DNA of 64,000 bases, from contig JAKMXF010000318.1 in NCBI GenBank assembly GCA_024704765.1, forward strand, positions 1-64,000, in the 5' to 3' direction. Numbering within the stretch: the first letter of the stretch is position 1; every line of letters begins with the position of its first letter. Origin of the DNA: Oopsacas minuta (Eukaryota > Animalia > Porifera). Positions 25,950 to 37,108 of the stretch are shown here, one piece after another. Made by a program: the position numbers and the translations under genes. Below the pieces are notes generated by a model. The model saw nothing but the letters and a program-made list of their open reading frames with translations. It was not told where the DNA came from and did not search any database.

Positions 25950-26926
25950 TTAGAGTTTGGATTGAAATAATTTATCATGCTCGATATGCTGGATTGTTTT
26001 GTCATCAGCATTAACAATTGAGTCAAATATACCGCGTTTTATTTTCTGTAAGTTTTCCCTGTCAAGAGTGTTATTACCGATAATACGTTTAGCTGCATCT
26101 TGAGCTGTTATCAACATCATTTCCATGCTTGATAGCTATAAATACAGATGGTAAACGTTAAAATTTGAAAAATAAGAATCGCATAGTTTTTTCTCGAAAC
26201 CCCTTCATTTTCAACATTTACTAATTTATATGGAAATAATATGAATTTTCCATCTTTTATGAGAAAAAACACCAGAAAAATCCAATATTTACACTTTCCG
26301 TGGATGGTTAGCAAGATGTCCTTTCATATAGCTCAGTTTCTGACAACTGAACCCTCAAATAATCAAACTATTGTATATAATTCAATATTAAAACTCACTT
26401 CATGTACTAATCCATACTGACAAGCTTTAGGCCCTGTAAACTGCATACTCAGTATAGCAATAGATTGAGTAGTGAGTGGTACTCTATGCTTTAACATCTC
26501 AATCAAAACTTGCAGGCCAAAGTGAACCCCTAACTTTGCTTCAGGAAAACACAAATACCCTCTATCTTCTCGCATTATTCTGTAATCATGGCATACAGCT
26601 AAAAAGGCGCCAGCACCATAGCAATGACCATTTATAGCTGCTATGGTAGGTATTGGAAAAGTCAGAATACGAACTGATAATTGGAACGAAATTTGCAAAG
26701 CTTTTTGTAAATCTAAAGACTTCATTTTGTTTAGTGTTTCAAGATCTAAACCTTGACTATAATTCTTACCATAGCCAATACTAACCATACAGGTAATCAG
26801 CTGATTAGCTTCTATCTCGTCTAGACATCTATTCATTTCTCGCACAGTATCAGCGTTGAAAACGTTTTTGTTATCATCCAAATGCCAAACGGCAAGAGTG
26901 TTAATAAATTCAACATAGAAAGGCAT
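25950..26926 (-). CDS. Peroxisomal enoyl-CoA isomerase/hydratase (crotonase fold), 237 aa; join exons 26399-26926 and 25950-26135
   Basis: Crotonase motifs YSQGLDL, PTIAAINGHCYGAG and CFPEAKLG. A phase-0 intron at 26136..26398 adds LSSMEMMLITAQDAAKRIIGNNTLDRENLQKIKRGIF...LFQSKL* with a PTS1. Confidence 0.85.
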
Positions 26927-27127
26927 AACTAACTTTATCTCTAAAATATAATATCATTAAGAATTACTATAGTGGAATAAAGTTAATAATACATTAATAC
27001 GTATGTGCTATGTATTAATTAACTAGCTATTAGCTGTGTTAACTTCGAAATATTTCTCTTAGCTGCGCAATGCTAATTTGACGTGGAAAGTTTTCGATTG
27101 ACTATACACGTACATTGCCTCATTCTC

Positions 27128-27292
27128 TACAGTAGAACTCGGTTATGACGTACCCGGGTTGTGATTTGAGGAAATGTTTCTGTGTTTTGACATAAATTTC
27201 ACTACTATTATGATTCCATATCATGTATGTATATTTATCCTGGTGGATCCGCTACTGATCGCTGAGTACAGATTCTAACGAGTTCTATTGTA
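27128..27292. mobile_element. TA-flanked MITE (CAGTAGAACTCG TIR family)
   Basis: Left end TACAGTAGAACTCG and right end CGAGTTCTATTGTA, one mismatch. Confidence 0.7.
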
Positions 27293-27391
27293 TACTATTA
27301 ATTTTCCAGTACGTATAATCAACTATAGAAGTACAACAAAATGAGAAGAAAATCCTATAATATAACTATACTAAACTATACAAGAGAATAA

Positions 27392-28072
27392 CTAAGATTT
27401 GCTAGAAGAATACTTTACCTTTCCAGCATCGTTAATAACACAAATGTGAGGAAGATCACGGAAGTATTCATTGTAGTCCAAACCATAACCAACTATGAAC
27501 TTATCTGGTATATCAAATCCAACGAAATCAGGTTGGTATTCTATTGTTCTAGCTGGATTACGTTTCAGTAGTAGGGTAGCTACTTTCACTGAAGCTGGTT
27601 GAAACTTTGAAATATGTGAGTTGAGTTTCAGAATAGTCGCTCCTGTATCGACAATGTCTTCAACAATCAGAACGTGTTTTCCTTTCACACGAGTAAAATC
27701 TTCATGCCCAACTACTTTAACATCTCCAGTACTCGAATCATCAACATAACTTTTCATTCGAATAAAATCTATATCCAATTGCAAACTTTTGTGTTTGTAT
27801 ACACAATTAAGAGATTGTATCTTATCAATTAGATCCGAGTAGAATTGGTATGCACCCTTGAGTACACATAACATCACAAGAGGACCTGTAAGATCACGTA
27901 TAATCTCATAGGCTAGTTTCTCTGCTCTGTCTACTATTAGACCGTGTGGTATCATGACGTAGGATAAGTCATTTATGTAGTGTGCTGGTATTAGGAATGA
28001 TTCTAAGGGATAAGATTGAGTATCTGTTATCGGTATACTTCTCAGTTTATCTTTATCTGTAGTTTCTGCCAT
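27392..28072 (-). CDS. HPRT1: Hypoxanthine-guanine phosphoribosyltransferase
   Basis: Motifs MIPHGLIVDRAEKLA, LCVLKGAY, DFIRMKSY, PRPP loop VLIVEDIVDTGAT, FIVGYGLDYNEYFRDL. Confidence 0.96.
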   Translation of the reverse strand: MAETTDKDKLRSIPITDTQSYPLESFLIPAHYINDLSYVMIPHGLIVDRAEKLAYEIIRDLTGPLVMLCVLKGAYQFYSDLIDKIQSLNCVYKHKSLQLDIDFIRMKSYVDDSSTGDVKVVGHEDFTRVKGKHVLIVEDIVDTGATILKLNSHISKFQPASVKVATLLLKRNPARTIEYQPDFVGFDIPDKFIVGYGLDYNEYFRDLPHICVINDAGKVKYSSSKS

Positions 28073-28969
28073 CTGAGTATGTTACGTATTAGTAGTAATT
28101 TACAGATATTAATTACCGGTATTATTTACGGATATAACGATAAATTAGTCTTAAACTCAACTGCGATTGACAATGCTAAATCAAATTACAATAGCAACAT
28201 ATTCCCTGATTATATTCACCTCGATCTGAGACTCAATGATTATCCAGTTTCTTTGGGATTGGATATGGTTCCTCTAATAGCAAATCGGTATTAGCAAGGA
28301 AAGGTTTGCAAAATACGAATTGTTAATAGGCGAACTCTATCGTATTATGGATAGAAAATCTACTAAATAACCGAATGGCCGTAAGCAAAGCATGAGGTTA
28401 GGGATATGAGCATTTGATCTCACATAGCCTCAAATAAATTGTTTCAGAAAAATTTCTTTCAAAAATATCCATCTCTTTCTATCCTTAAGTATTGGGGTAC
28501 TCAACAAAAATGCTTTGAAAATTGAAATTCAAAATATATGCAAGATAATACATCTGTTAGATTGGTTACTTGTTCACGGGTAATATAGCAGTAATACGAT
28601 TCTATTCAATTTAATTATTCGCCAGTCAGATGGCCAGACGTACTAGTTACGAAGGGTTCAAGAATTCAAAAGTTTAGCCTTATTCGCTAAAATCAAATAT
28701 CAAATTAATGAATTAAAATTCTTCTTAGAAATGATACTCCACGTGGAAGTAATACAGACAAATATCAAATATCTTATCGATATCATATCTATAGTGTTAT
28801 ATCATTTGACCTAATTATGTTCTGAAGTCATCCAACGTAATTGTGTAAAATCTAAAAATAAGTTTGATAGAAAGTTGTATTGCATTAAAACAGATAAATA
28901 GGAGGAATATTTTATTAAATTTAATTATTCACTACTTCCTTTCTACAACTCAAACCAATAACTCCTGTC

Positions 28970-29001
28970 GAATCCCGCAGTAGCAGTGACTACTCAGATT
29001 T
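28970..29001 (+). promoter_or_regulatory. Iron-responsive element (IRE) in the ferritin 5' region
   Basis: GAATC-CC-G-[C]-AGTAG-CAGTGA-CTACT-C-A-GATTT: CAGUGN loop at 28984-28989, perfect 5-bp upper stem, bulged C at 28978, lower stem AATC/GATT; 57 nt upstream of the ATG. Confidence 0.85.
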
Positions 29002-29057
29002 AAAGGAAATTTTCAAATTTTTAACGTAAAACTAAATATCTAAAATAACCAGAGAAA

Positions 29058-29588
29058 ATGGCATCAAGCTCAGATCAATACCCAGTGAGGCAAAACTACC
29101 ATCCCGTTTCAGAGGGAGCTATCAATAAGCAGATCAACATGGAGCTACACGCGTTCTACACCTATCTGTCGATGGCATACCATTTCGACAGACACGATGT
29201 AGGGCTTCAGGGCTTCCATGAGTTCTTCAAGAAGCGATCTGGTGAGGAACTAGAGCATGCACAAAAGTTCATGAAGTACCAGAATACCCGTGGGGGTACA
29301 ATCGTCATTCAAGATATCAAGAAGCCTATTAAGGACAGCTGGGGCTCCTGTCTCGAGGCGATGGAAGGTGCACTCAACCTTGAGAGAACTGTCAACGATT
29401 CTCTTCTGAAACTACACGCGACTGCTTCAGGAAACAATGACGCGCATCTTTGCGACTTCCTAGAAAGCGAATACCTCGATGAGCAAGTGGAAGATATCAA
29501 GAAGCTGGGCGAACATATTACCAATTTGAAACGTGTTGGTACTGGACTGGGAGAGTACATGTTCGATAAGGAGACCCTTAAGGACTAG
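29058..29588 (+). CDS. FTH1: Ferritin, H-type with ferroxidase centre
   Basis: Motifs [59 protein letters not shown]. Confidence 0.96.
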   Translation: MASSSDQYPVRQNYHPVSEGAINKQINMELHAFYTYLSMAYHFDRHDVGLQGFHEFFKKRSGEELEHAQKFMKYQNTRGGTIVIQDIKKPIKDSWGSCLEAMEGALNLERTVNDSLLKLHATASGNNDAHLCDFLESEYLDEQVEDIKKLGEHITNLKRVGTGLGEYMFDKETLKD

Positions 29589-29912
29589 TACTTCCTACCC
29601 CTGGTTGTACTATTCATGAACATTTGTATTATGTTATAGAGCCTTGTTAAGGTACTGGTAATAGACCAGTAGTAGTAGTTGTTGTTATTATGTGAGTTTA
29701 CAATAAAAAGTGAAAAAGTAAGTAAAGTGGGTTGGATATGGCAATTCATAAAAGCAGTACAATTATCATCAAGACATTAAAATGCAAATCTGATTGGTTA
29801 AAATTAACAACAAAATAATGTGAAAACTTCCCAAAAAGTACCGATTATTATCTGTAAATATACAATAGAATATTATGTTAATATTATAATTAATGAGAAA
29901 TTAAGTGACATA

Positions 29913-30452
29913 TCAGTTCGCATTATTATCTGTATTGAATTTTAATTGAAACTCTTTACATAATTCAAGATTTTTTCTAATTTCGTGTAATTCATCTTCT
30001 TTCCCTTCTAACAACTTTTTTGCCGTTACCAAACCTTCGAATTTAACCAAATTATCTTGTATATCTTTGTCAATATTCTTCAAAGCCTGTTTATATTCAA
30101 TATTGTCAGAACACAAATCATTTTTGGCAATCAAAAGTTTACATGAAATGTCTTCAATAATATTTTGAATTCTTGGCGATTCATAAGCTAACATCTCAAT
30201 AGAACCTTCTATACATTGTTTCTTACATTTCTCGACATACTCATCATCCGTTACAGTTGTTTGAATAAGATTAGTAACATCTGCCGTTGCATTTGCAATG
30301 AAATCATGAATTAACAATAAAAATTTGGGGAATAAATCGCGTATATCTTCTCCCAATATTATTTTAGTGCATAAAGCACCGGCAAGGTCTTCTCTTAAGG
30401 GAGAAGTATCTTCATCGAATTTCAACCTTTTTTTTGGAGTTTCTTCTGACAT
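29913..30452 (-). CDS. Hypothetical 179 aa coiled-coil protein with N-terminal NLS-like PKKRLK
   Basis: ATG-started intronless ORF with heptad-rich C-terminal half; no family recognised. Confidence 0.6.
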   Translation of the reverse strand: MSEETPKKRLKFDEDTSPLREDLAGALCTKIILGEDIRDLFPKFLLLIHDFIANATADVTNLIQTTVTDDEYVEKCKKQCIEGSIEMLAYESPRIQNIIEDISCKLLIAKNDLCSDNIEYKQALKNIDKDIQDNLVKFEGLVTAKKLLEGKEDELHEIRKNLELCKEFQLKFNTDNNAN

Positions 30453-30747
30453 AATGAGTAGCTGACGTAAGAAAATTTGTAATAAGGAGTAAGGTAGAAA
30501 TTTGTTTCATGTAACACCCCAAAAATTTCGGTCATTAATATAATGCATAACTTTATTTAAGTGCATAGACCATGGATAGTGCATACCTAAAGATAATGAA
30601 ATACTCACACTAAGTTTATTACAATAGTCGAACCAAGAATATACGTATGACTCGCAGGCCAATTGATAGCTAATATAACAATAAATATTCACTCAAACTA
30701 TAACTCTGAAATATTAATACACTACCCACTTCCTATATTGTAATTTC

Positions 30748-32896
30748 TTATTTTTCGTTAACTACCTTAGAGATACAGTTCACGACATATTCAATATTAT
30801 TATTGGATAAAGATACCATGGATATACGTCCGTCCTTGGTCATGAATATAGCGTGCTCTTCTCTCAAGAGTGTGACTTGATCAGTTTCAAGCCCTGAATA
30901 GCAGAACATTCCAATCTGCCGGGTTATATGCGGCCATTTTCGGTTTGTATTTGTTTCAAGTCCAAGTTGTAGAGCTTTTCGCATATCACTGATTCTGCCT
31001 GACATTATTTTCAATTCTGCGAGCCATTCCTTGTAGAGATCTTTGTTACGCCAAACTTCAACAGCTAGTCTAGCACCATGGATAGGAGGATTTGAGTAGG
31101 TCGGACGGATTAAGATTTTAATCTGGGACATTACACGGTCTTTTTCTTCCTAAATAAAGTACAATCTCGATAATACATTTACCATTTAATTTCTTACTAA
31201 TTGTGTATTATACAACCATGGATATATACTTACTTTAGAAGCAGTAACTACGTGTAATGCTCCAGTTCTCTCGCCATATAATCCTAGATTCTTAGCACAA
31301 GATTGTGTTACTACAGGTTGTAGACCTTCTCGCTCTAGCAGTCTGACAGCAAACGCATCTCTGTCTAAATCCCCAGTAGCGAATCCTTGGTAAGCCATGT
31401 CAATAAATGGAAGATGGCCTTTCTCCTTCAACACCTGAAAAAATCCATTTGGAAATATATATTTACAAACTTTAATTTAGCATTAAAGAACTTAAAAGTC
31501 TTTAAACTCCACATTGAATTAAATAGATTTCTTATAACAGAATTATCTGATCTCGAGAAGAACTAAGTTATAGTTAATTGCGTTTTTTCTCACCTTGCCT
31601 ATATCTCTCCACTGCTGTTGAGTAGGATCTACTCCTGTAGGATTGTGTGCAGATGCGTGTAGTAGTATTATAGAACCAGATGGTAATTCTCTCAAGTCCT
31701 TCAACATTCCATCTGCGTTTAATCCACAGGTACTTTTGTCGTAGTATGTGTAGGTATTTGCTTCTAATCCAGCGGATTTAAACACCTGTGCATGGTTACC
31801 CCAAGTCTGATTGGAATGATACACAACCTATAAGTTGAATAAAATTGTTAAATACAGTAGAACTCGGATAAGACGTACCCCTCGGGAAACAGAAATTAGT
31901 ACGTCTTAACCGAGTGTACGTCTCATCCGAATATGTTTGCATTACAAATAATGATGACTGATATTTTGGGATATAAGAAATAGTACGTCTTAACCGAGTG
32001 TACGTCTTATCCGAGTTCTACTGTAACAAATTGAATAATATAACTAAAATTTTCTTTTCAGCAAAAATTCCTTATCCGTAGTTGCTAAACATATTCAAGC
32101 GTAAAACACAAAAATGCGGTTTCTGAAGTGATACGATATTCTAAATTTTTCAGTTTTGTAACTCTATATGGATTGTTAAAAGTTTTATGGCATTTTAAAA
32201 CTTGTCAAAGGTAGACCTTATGGAAGACGACCACTATATCATATGGCCGTTAGATAAAGGAACTTGTAGACAGGTTCAGCGCCAGTAAGGAACCAAAAAT
32301 GGTGGGCGCTATAGAGAGGTCATTATAATGGGAAATCGGACGGGATTGTTATTAGGTGGCCGCTATGTGCAGGTGAACGTTAAGCAAGTTTGACTGTATT
32401 AAATATTAATCAAATTTTCACAAATAATTCCAAAATTCCATACCTTGTGAGGATAGAACTTAGCAAAGAATGTAGAAGCTAGATATAAAGATCCTGTACC
32501 AGATATACTCTGTACTGTAGCAATTCTCCCATCAGATAATCCAGGAGAATCCTCTCCAAACGTTAACTTAGCTGCATCCGCACAAAAATCAGCAAAACCA
32601 GACATACCAGCATACTCTTTATCAAGGTTACGGTCAAGTATTATTTTCTCTGCCTTTTTAATACAATTCAATACATACGGATTACCATATTCATCTCTAT
32701 AAGCTCCCATGGCTAGGTTGACCTTATTTGGGTGTGTAGAGTTCTTAAATGCTTCCACAAGGCCGAATATATTGTCAGGAGGTCCCATCTCTACTCCTGA
32801 CCAGAAATAACGTATTGGTGTTGTGTTTCTCTGTAGAGTGTATTGTGTAGGTCGAAGGAATGGCCGCAGTAATGACTTTGTTACCATTCTATACAT
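30748..32896 (-). CDS. GOT2: Mitochondrial aspartate aminotransferase, 429 aa. Exons 32444-32896, 31594-31827, 31234-31434, 30748-31149
   Basis: Presequence-like N-terminus, then MGPPDNIFG, VNLAMGAYRD, TVQSISGTGSL, LLHASAHNPTGVDPT, DMAYQGFATGD, PLP lysine QSCAKNLGLYGER and QIGMFCYSGL. Three phase-0 GT-AG introns; total 1290 nt. Confidence 0.95.
31853..32025. mobile_element. Intact 173-bp MITE in GOT2 intron 1
   Basis: Perfect 26-bp inverted ends including the TA (TACAGTAGAACTCGGATAAGACGTAC). Internal direct repeat TAGTACGTCTTAACCGAGTGTACGTCT occurs twice. Confidence 0.88.
32196..32398. mobile_element. Second, older Tc1/pogo-type MITE in GOT2 intron 1
   Basis: Right end GCAAGTTTGACTGTA, eroded left end TAAAACTTGTC, internal GGTGG(G/C)CGCTAT repeats. 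Confidence 0.5.
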
Positions 32897-33323
32897 CTTT
32901 AATGGAATAGGTCAGTGGGAATAATTTTATAGAATTGAAGCTACAAACTCAAGTAATAAGAAATCTGAGGGAAATATTGGTAGCGGAACATAGTATATTA
33001 CTGATATTAGTAGTCTGGGACGGATAATTACACGTATTGTCATGTTTCAGGATGACACAACAGTAAAAAATTCCGAAATTCGGGACAATTGGCAAACGTT
33101 GATTAGCACACATCGGCACAATCTATGACCAATTTGTGAATGGCTATTTTCTGCAAACATTCAAAAGATCACACAATGAACAACATTTCGCAGTTTTGAG
33201 TACATAAATGGACGAAAATCTTTTGAGATATAACCATGCAGATAGTGTTTGAAAATCGTGGATCAATGATTTTCGAATGAGAAAATAAAAATAAAATATG
33301 TAATTATTTCATTTCTATAATAT

Positions 33324-35255
33324 TTAGTGAATTTGTTGGTTCGTAATTAATTTCTCAATCTTCAGTGAACATCTTTCCACTATATCATTATATTGTTTAT
33401 CTTTTGCTAACAAGATGGTATCCTTAAATTCTTCCAAAGCTGGTACATCATTCTCTTTACAGCAACTAGAGAGAAACTTTTCAAAAATATCCAAATTTAA
33501 TCTACGTTTCTCTTTGAATGATTTCTTTAACAAAGAAATAGCTTGTATGTGTTCTCTACACATACATATACATTCTATAACTCCTTCTAAGATAGAACTA
33601 TGAATTTCTAAAGGCTGATTCGACTCTTGAATTTCTGGCCATAATTCCGTGAAAATAAACCGACAATCTTTTCCTAATCCTTGTTTAATAGCAGAATTGA
33701 TCAAAAGGTTGTAAGTATCCATATTAACAGAATTATTGTCATTACGCATTCTGTAATATAAAAGTTTCATTTCTGCAAACGCATTTACTCTTGAAAACGA
33801 AAGCAAAATTAAATTATTTATTTTTAATGGTGGTTGCTTTCCTTCATAAGATTGTAGGATATAGTAATCAAAATATGAAATAGCTTTCAAGTATTGTAGT
33901 CTATGCCCTTCTAAACATATTTGAACTGGTGAGATTCGTTCCAAGAGATCGCTAACTTGTTCAAAAGTTAGAGGAGTTTTTAGTTTATGAGAGAAATAAA
34001 CCATAATGTATAGCATGTTACAGTAAGTATTGACTGGAAATCTATCATTTTGAGTGTAATAATTAGTCCAGCTAGTTAATTGCTCGTATATTTCAGAACT
34101 TTTTCTGATAGCAGCCAAGGCGACATATTTCGAGAAAAGATTCCTATCGAATGGGTCGAGTGTGTTTGCAATTTGGTAGTGGATATTTGCTATGAATAAT
34201 TCTGGTGTTGGGAAGAAAAATAACGAATTTACTTGTTTAAAAAGCTCATGGTTTAGAAAATCTTCAATGTTTTCAGAATCCTGAGATTCAAGTGCTTGGT
34301 TATTTTCTGTGGATTTTTTGCGTATTCTTAAGAGTGATTGTAAATGGAGAAGATTAACAAAATATCTTCTCTGATGTCTGTAATGGCCAGATAATGGGTA
34401 TTTATGCGTTATGCTGAATGCATGCATTGCTAAATTAATGTTATTCTTCCGTAGACACACATAATATAGATCTGCAAGGACCATAGGATTTGACAGAATT
34501 GTTCGATGAACGCCTTCTTGAGTTTGATTTTTTTGTGAGCGAATTTTATTGGAGAAATCTATTTGATCAAGTGACTGCAGAATTTTCTTTTGAAAGCCCA
34601 ATTCTTCGTCGTTGCAATCATAAGCTGAGATTAATTGTTGAAGTAAGAACAACCTATATGGTTTGATACACTGTGGAGTTTGTACGAAATTAAAAGCAGC
34701 ATTATCATGTAACAAAGTATTTTTGAAGTCATTTGCGAAAGAATTGAAGGATCCGAGTTTTGTTAGAAGTTGAAGGACAGGTAAAATATTTGTTTGTCCA
34801 TAGAAACTTAGATAGAGGTGTTTAAACTCTAGATTCCCATTAATGTAATCTGAAATACTATCAAACAATGAATGATAACGCTCACCAAGTAATATCTGTA
34901 GAGCTTTTGGAAAAATGCAATCATATTTTTCCATAACAAAATTCAAAATATTCTCTAATTTTTTCGTGTTAAGCACATGCAAACGTGTAACAGAAAAAAC
35001 TAGCTTTGACTCTATCATTTCTGATAAAACAGAATTATATTCTTCTTTACTTTGACATAAATCGATTAATAAGTCATAATATAGAGGAGGTAATGGTTTG
35101 GTGTTTGTCTGTTTATATTCAATTATCGGTTTAAGTATTTGTTCTAGAGGTTCATTGTTCATTTTAGCTTCAATCCCTGACCAAATTGTAGAATTGTTTG
35201 TGAGACTTCTTGTCAACGGAAACATTCGAGGAAGTATATATCTTAAACGAATCAT
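33324..35255 (-). CDS. Probable mitochondrial PPR-like helical-repeat protein, 643 aa
   Basis: Arg-rich N-terminus without acidic residues (MIRLRYILPRMFPLTRSL). C-terminal PPR-like units: DTYNLLINSAIKQGLGKDCRFIF, ILEGVIECICMCREHIQAISLL, IFEKFLSSCCKENDVPALEEF. Confidence 0.6.
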   Translation of the reverse strand: MIRLRYILPRMFPLTRSLTNNSTIWSGIEAKMNNEPLEQILKPIIEYKQTNTKPLPPLYYDLLIDLCQSKEEYNSVLSEMIESKLVFSVTRLHVLNTKKLENILNFVMEKYDCIFPKALQILLGERYHSLFDSISDYINGNLEFKHLYLSFYGQTNILPVLQLLTKLGSFNSFANDFKNTLLHDNAAFNFVQTPQCIKPYRLFLLQQLISAYDCNDEELGFQKKILQSLDQIDFSNKIRSQKNQTQEGVHRTILSNPMVLADLYYVCLRKNNINLAMHAFSITHKYPLSGHYRHQRRYFVNLLHLQSLLRIRKKSTENNQALESQDSENIEDFLNHELFKQVNSLFFFPTPELFIANIHYQIANTLDPFDRNLFSKYVALAAIRKSSEIYEQLTSWTNYYTQNDRFPVNTYCNMLYIMVYFSHKLKTPLTFEQVSDLLERISPVQICLEGHRLQYLKAISYFDYYILQSYEGKQPPLKINNLILLSFSRVNAFAEMKLLYYRMRNDNNSVNMDTYNLLINSAIKQGLGKDCRFIFTELWPEIQESNQPLEIHSSILEGVIECICMCREHIQAISLLKKSFKEKRRLNLDIFEKFLSSCCKENDVPALEEFKDTILLAKDKQYNDIVERCSLKIEKLITNQQIH

Positions 35256-35283
35256 CTAATTGCAAAATTAAAACTTAGAATTT

Positions 35284-35400
35284 GGATAAGAACCCCTTGG
35301 GAAACAAATTAGTAAGTACTATCTGAAGTACGTCGTTCCGAAAATTCTTCCCATACAATTAGTACAAGAATTGATAAAAGCACGTCTTAAGCCGAGTATG
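35284..35400. mobile_element. Decayed copy of the MITE family at 31853
   Basis: GGATAAGAACCCCTTGGGAAACAAATTAGTA and CACGTCTTAAGCCGAGT match the intact element. Confidence 0.5.
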
Positions 35401-35577
35401 CACTAACCTGTACTTCTTCCATCCCAAAAAATTCAGCTCCCATTCATTTTAATACCATCCATTCCATTCTGGATGGATGGATAATCGTATAATACATAAA
35501 TCTATATTTGAAAGTTTCAGCTCTGAACAAAATCAAAATGTTCTCTACAAAGATATGTAAACAGTGAGATTAATTAG

Positions 35578-36027
35578 TTAAACAATCGCATGTTTACGAG
35601 TCATTTCTTTTGCATTCTTATTATACAGCTGTATATCTTGCTTGTATAGCCTAGCTATCTCTGGGACAAGTGGATCTTCAGGATTAGGATCAGATAGTAG
35701 TGAAGAAATAGTCATAAGCATTTTAGAAATTGTAAGAGCAGGTGACCAATCGTGGCCAAGAATGTCTAGAGACATCTGCCCTAAACTAGTAATGTTTGGG
35801 TGATAAATTCGTGTAATAAATTGCACTTTAGGGGGACGAAATGGGTACGAGTTACAGAATTTCATGTCCAAATAGAACACTCCTCCTTCATAAGGAGTGT
35901 CTTTAGGACCCTTTATAGTACCCACCCAATTGAACAGATCTTCATCTCCTCTAGGTTCTGCCGTAATCATCTCCTTTGGATTAGCCCATATATCTTTAAA
36001 CTCTTTCTTCAAACGTTTCGAAGACAT
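35578..36027 (-). CDS. UBE2D-like E2 variant, copy 1 (catalytic Cys replaced by Ser)
   Basis: UBC fold: KRLKKE, GPKDTPYEGGVF, YPFRPPKV, YHPNITSLGQM-S-LDIL, WSPAL. Ser codon TCT at 35770-35772. Start ATG 36027 chosen by homology to copy 2. Confidence 0.9.
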   Translation of the reverse strand: MSSKRLKKEFKDIWANPKEMITAEPRGDEDLFNWVGTIKGPKDTPYEGGVFYLDMKFCNSYPFRPPKVQFITRIYHPNITSLGQMSLDILGHDWSPALTISKMLMTISSLLSDPNPEDPLVPEIARLYKQDIQLYNKNAKEMTRKHAIV

Positions 36028-37108
36028 GCTATATTTACAAAACATATGTAAACTAATGCTCTAAAGATCTACGAAGCGAAATCGAAGCACTCAATTACCT
36101 CAATTATTAAAACATATTTGAAATATAGACATATCAAACAGCAGGTATTTTTGTCAATAGGCTGCAGATTGGAATAAAACATAAAGATTGTGAAGTTACC
36201 TAGCAAGAGAAGTACGTTAGTTAAATATATAAACTACGTATTAACTGGGGCAAAACCAATTGAAAAACCATTGTAGGACCTGATATTATGCAAATATTTG
36301 TTTGTATTATCAGTAAATTCGTATTAACCGTGTTCGTACTAATACTAACGAGGTTCTGCTGTGTAAACAATAATACATGCGCATAATAAGTAAGAATGAA
36401 GTTGTTAAGTGTATTTAATTAGAAATCTTCAATAAAACGCAGATCCAGCTATTTTATAATATTCAGATTTTGCGACAAAATATGATACAGTCCTGTTTGT
36501 TTATAAAAGTGAATTAAATATTGAAAATTCTCCGATGTTTGTATTTGAAAATATTTACATAGCATGTTTCTGAGTCATTTCTTTCGCGTTCTTATTATAC
36601 AGCTGTATATCTTCTTTGTAGAGGTGAGCTATCTCTGGGACAAGCGGATCATCAGGATTAGGATTAGGTAATAGAGACCAAATATGGATGAGAACTTTTA
36701 TAATTGTATAAGCAGGTGACCAATCACTTTCTAGAAATTGTATAGACAGCTGTCCTGAACTATTAATGTGAGGATGATAAATTGGTGTAATAAATCGCAC
36801 TTTAGGGGGACGAAATGGGTAGAAGAGACAGAATTTTATGTCCAAATAGAACACTCCTCCTTCATAAGGAGTGTCTTTAGGACCCTTTATAGTACCCACC
36901 CAATTGTACAGATCTTCATCTCCTCTAGGTTCTGCTGTTACAGGCTCAACTGGGTTTTCCTTTATCTCTTTAAGCTCTTTCTTCAAACGGCTCAAAGACA
37001 TACTCTATATTACAAAACATTTGTAAATTAATGTTCTAGAGATATACGAAGCGGAATCGAAGCACTCAATTACCCCCAATAATTAAAACAAATTTGAAAT
37101 ATAGACAT
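36028..37108. repeat. Duplicated upstream block of about 105 bp: 36028-36133 versus 37002-37108
   Basis: Both blocks read ...ACAAAACAT.TGTAAA.TAATG.TCTA.AGAT.TACGAAGCG.AATCGAAGCACTCAATTACC...TTAAAACA.ATTTGAAATATAGACAT. Confidence 0.8.
36555..37001 (-). CDS. UBE2D-like E2 variant, copy 2 (Cys replaced by Ser; HPN changed to HPH)
   Basis: YHPHINSSGQL-S-IQFLESDWSPAY; TCT at 36744-36746. Confidence 0.9.
   Translation of the reverse strand: MSLSRLKKELKEIKENPVEPVTAEPRGDEDLYNWVGTIKGPKDTPYEGGVFYLDIKFCLFYPFRPPKVRFITPIYHPHINSSGQLSIQFLESDWSPAYTIIKVLIHIWSLLPNPNPDDPLVPEIAHLYKEDIQLYNKNAKEMTQKHAM

Noticed and set aside
26117-26314. 65-aa minus-strand ORF that looked like a possible enoyl-CoA isomerase C-terminus
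   Set aside because: It lies almost entirely in the intron; the true last exon starts at 26135 in another frame and gives the SKL end.
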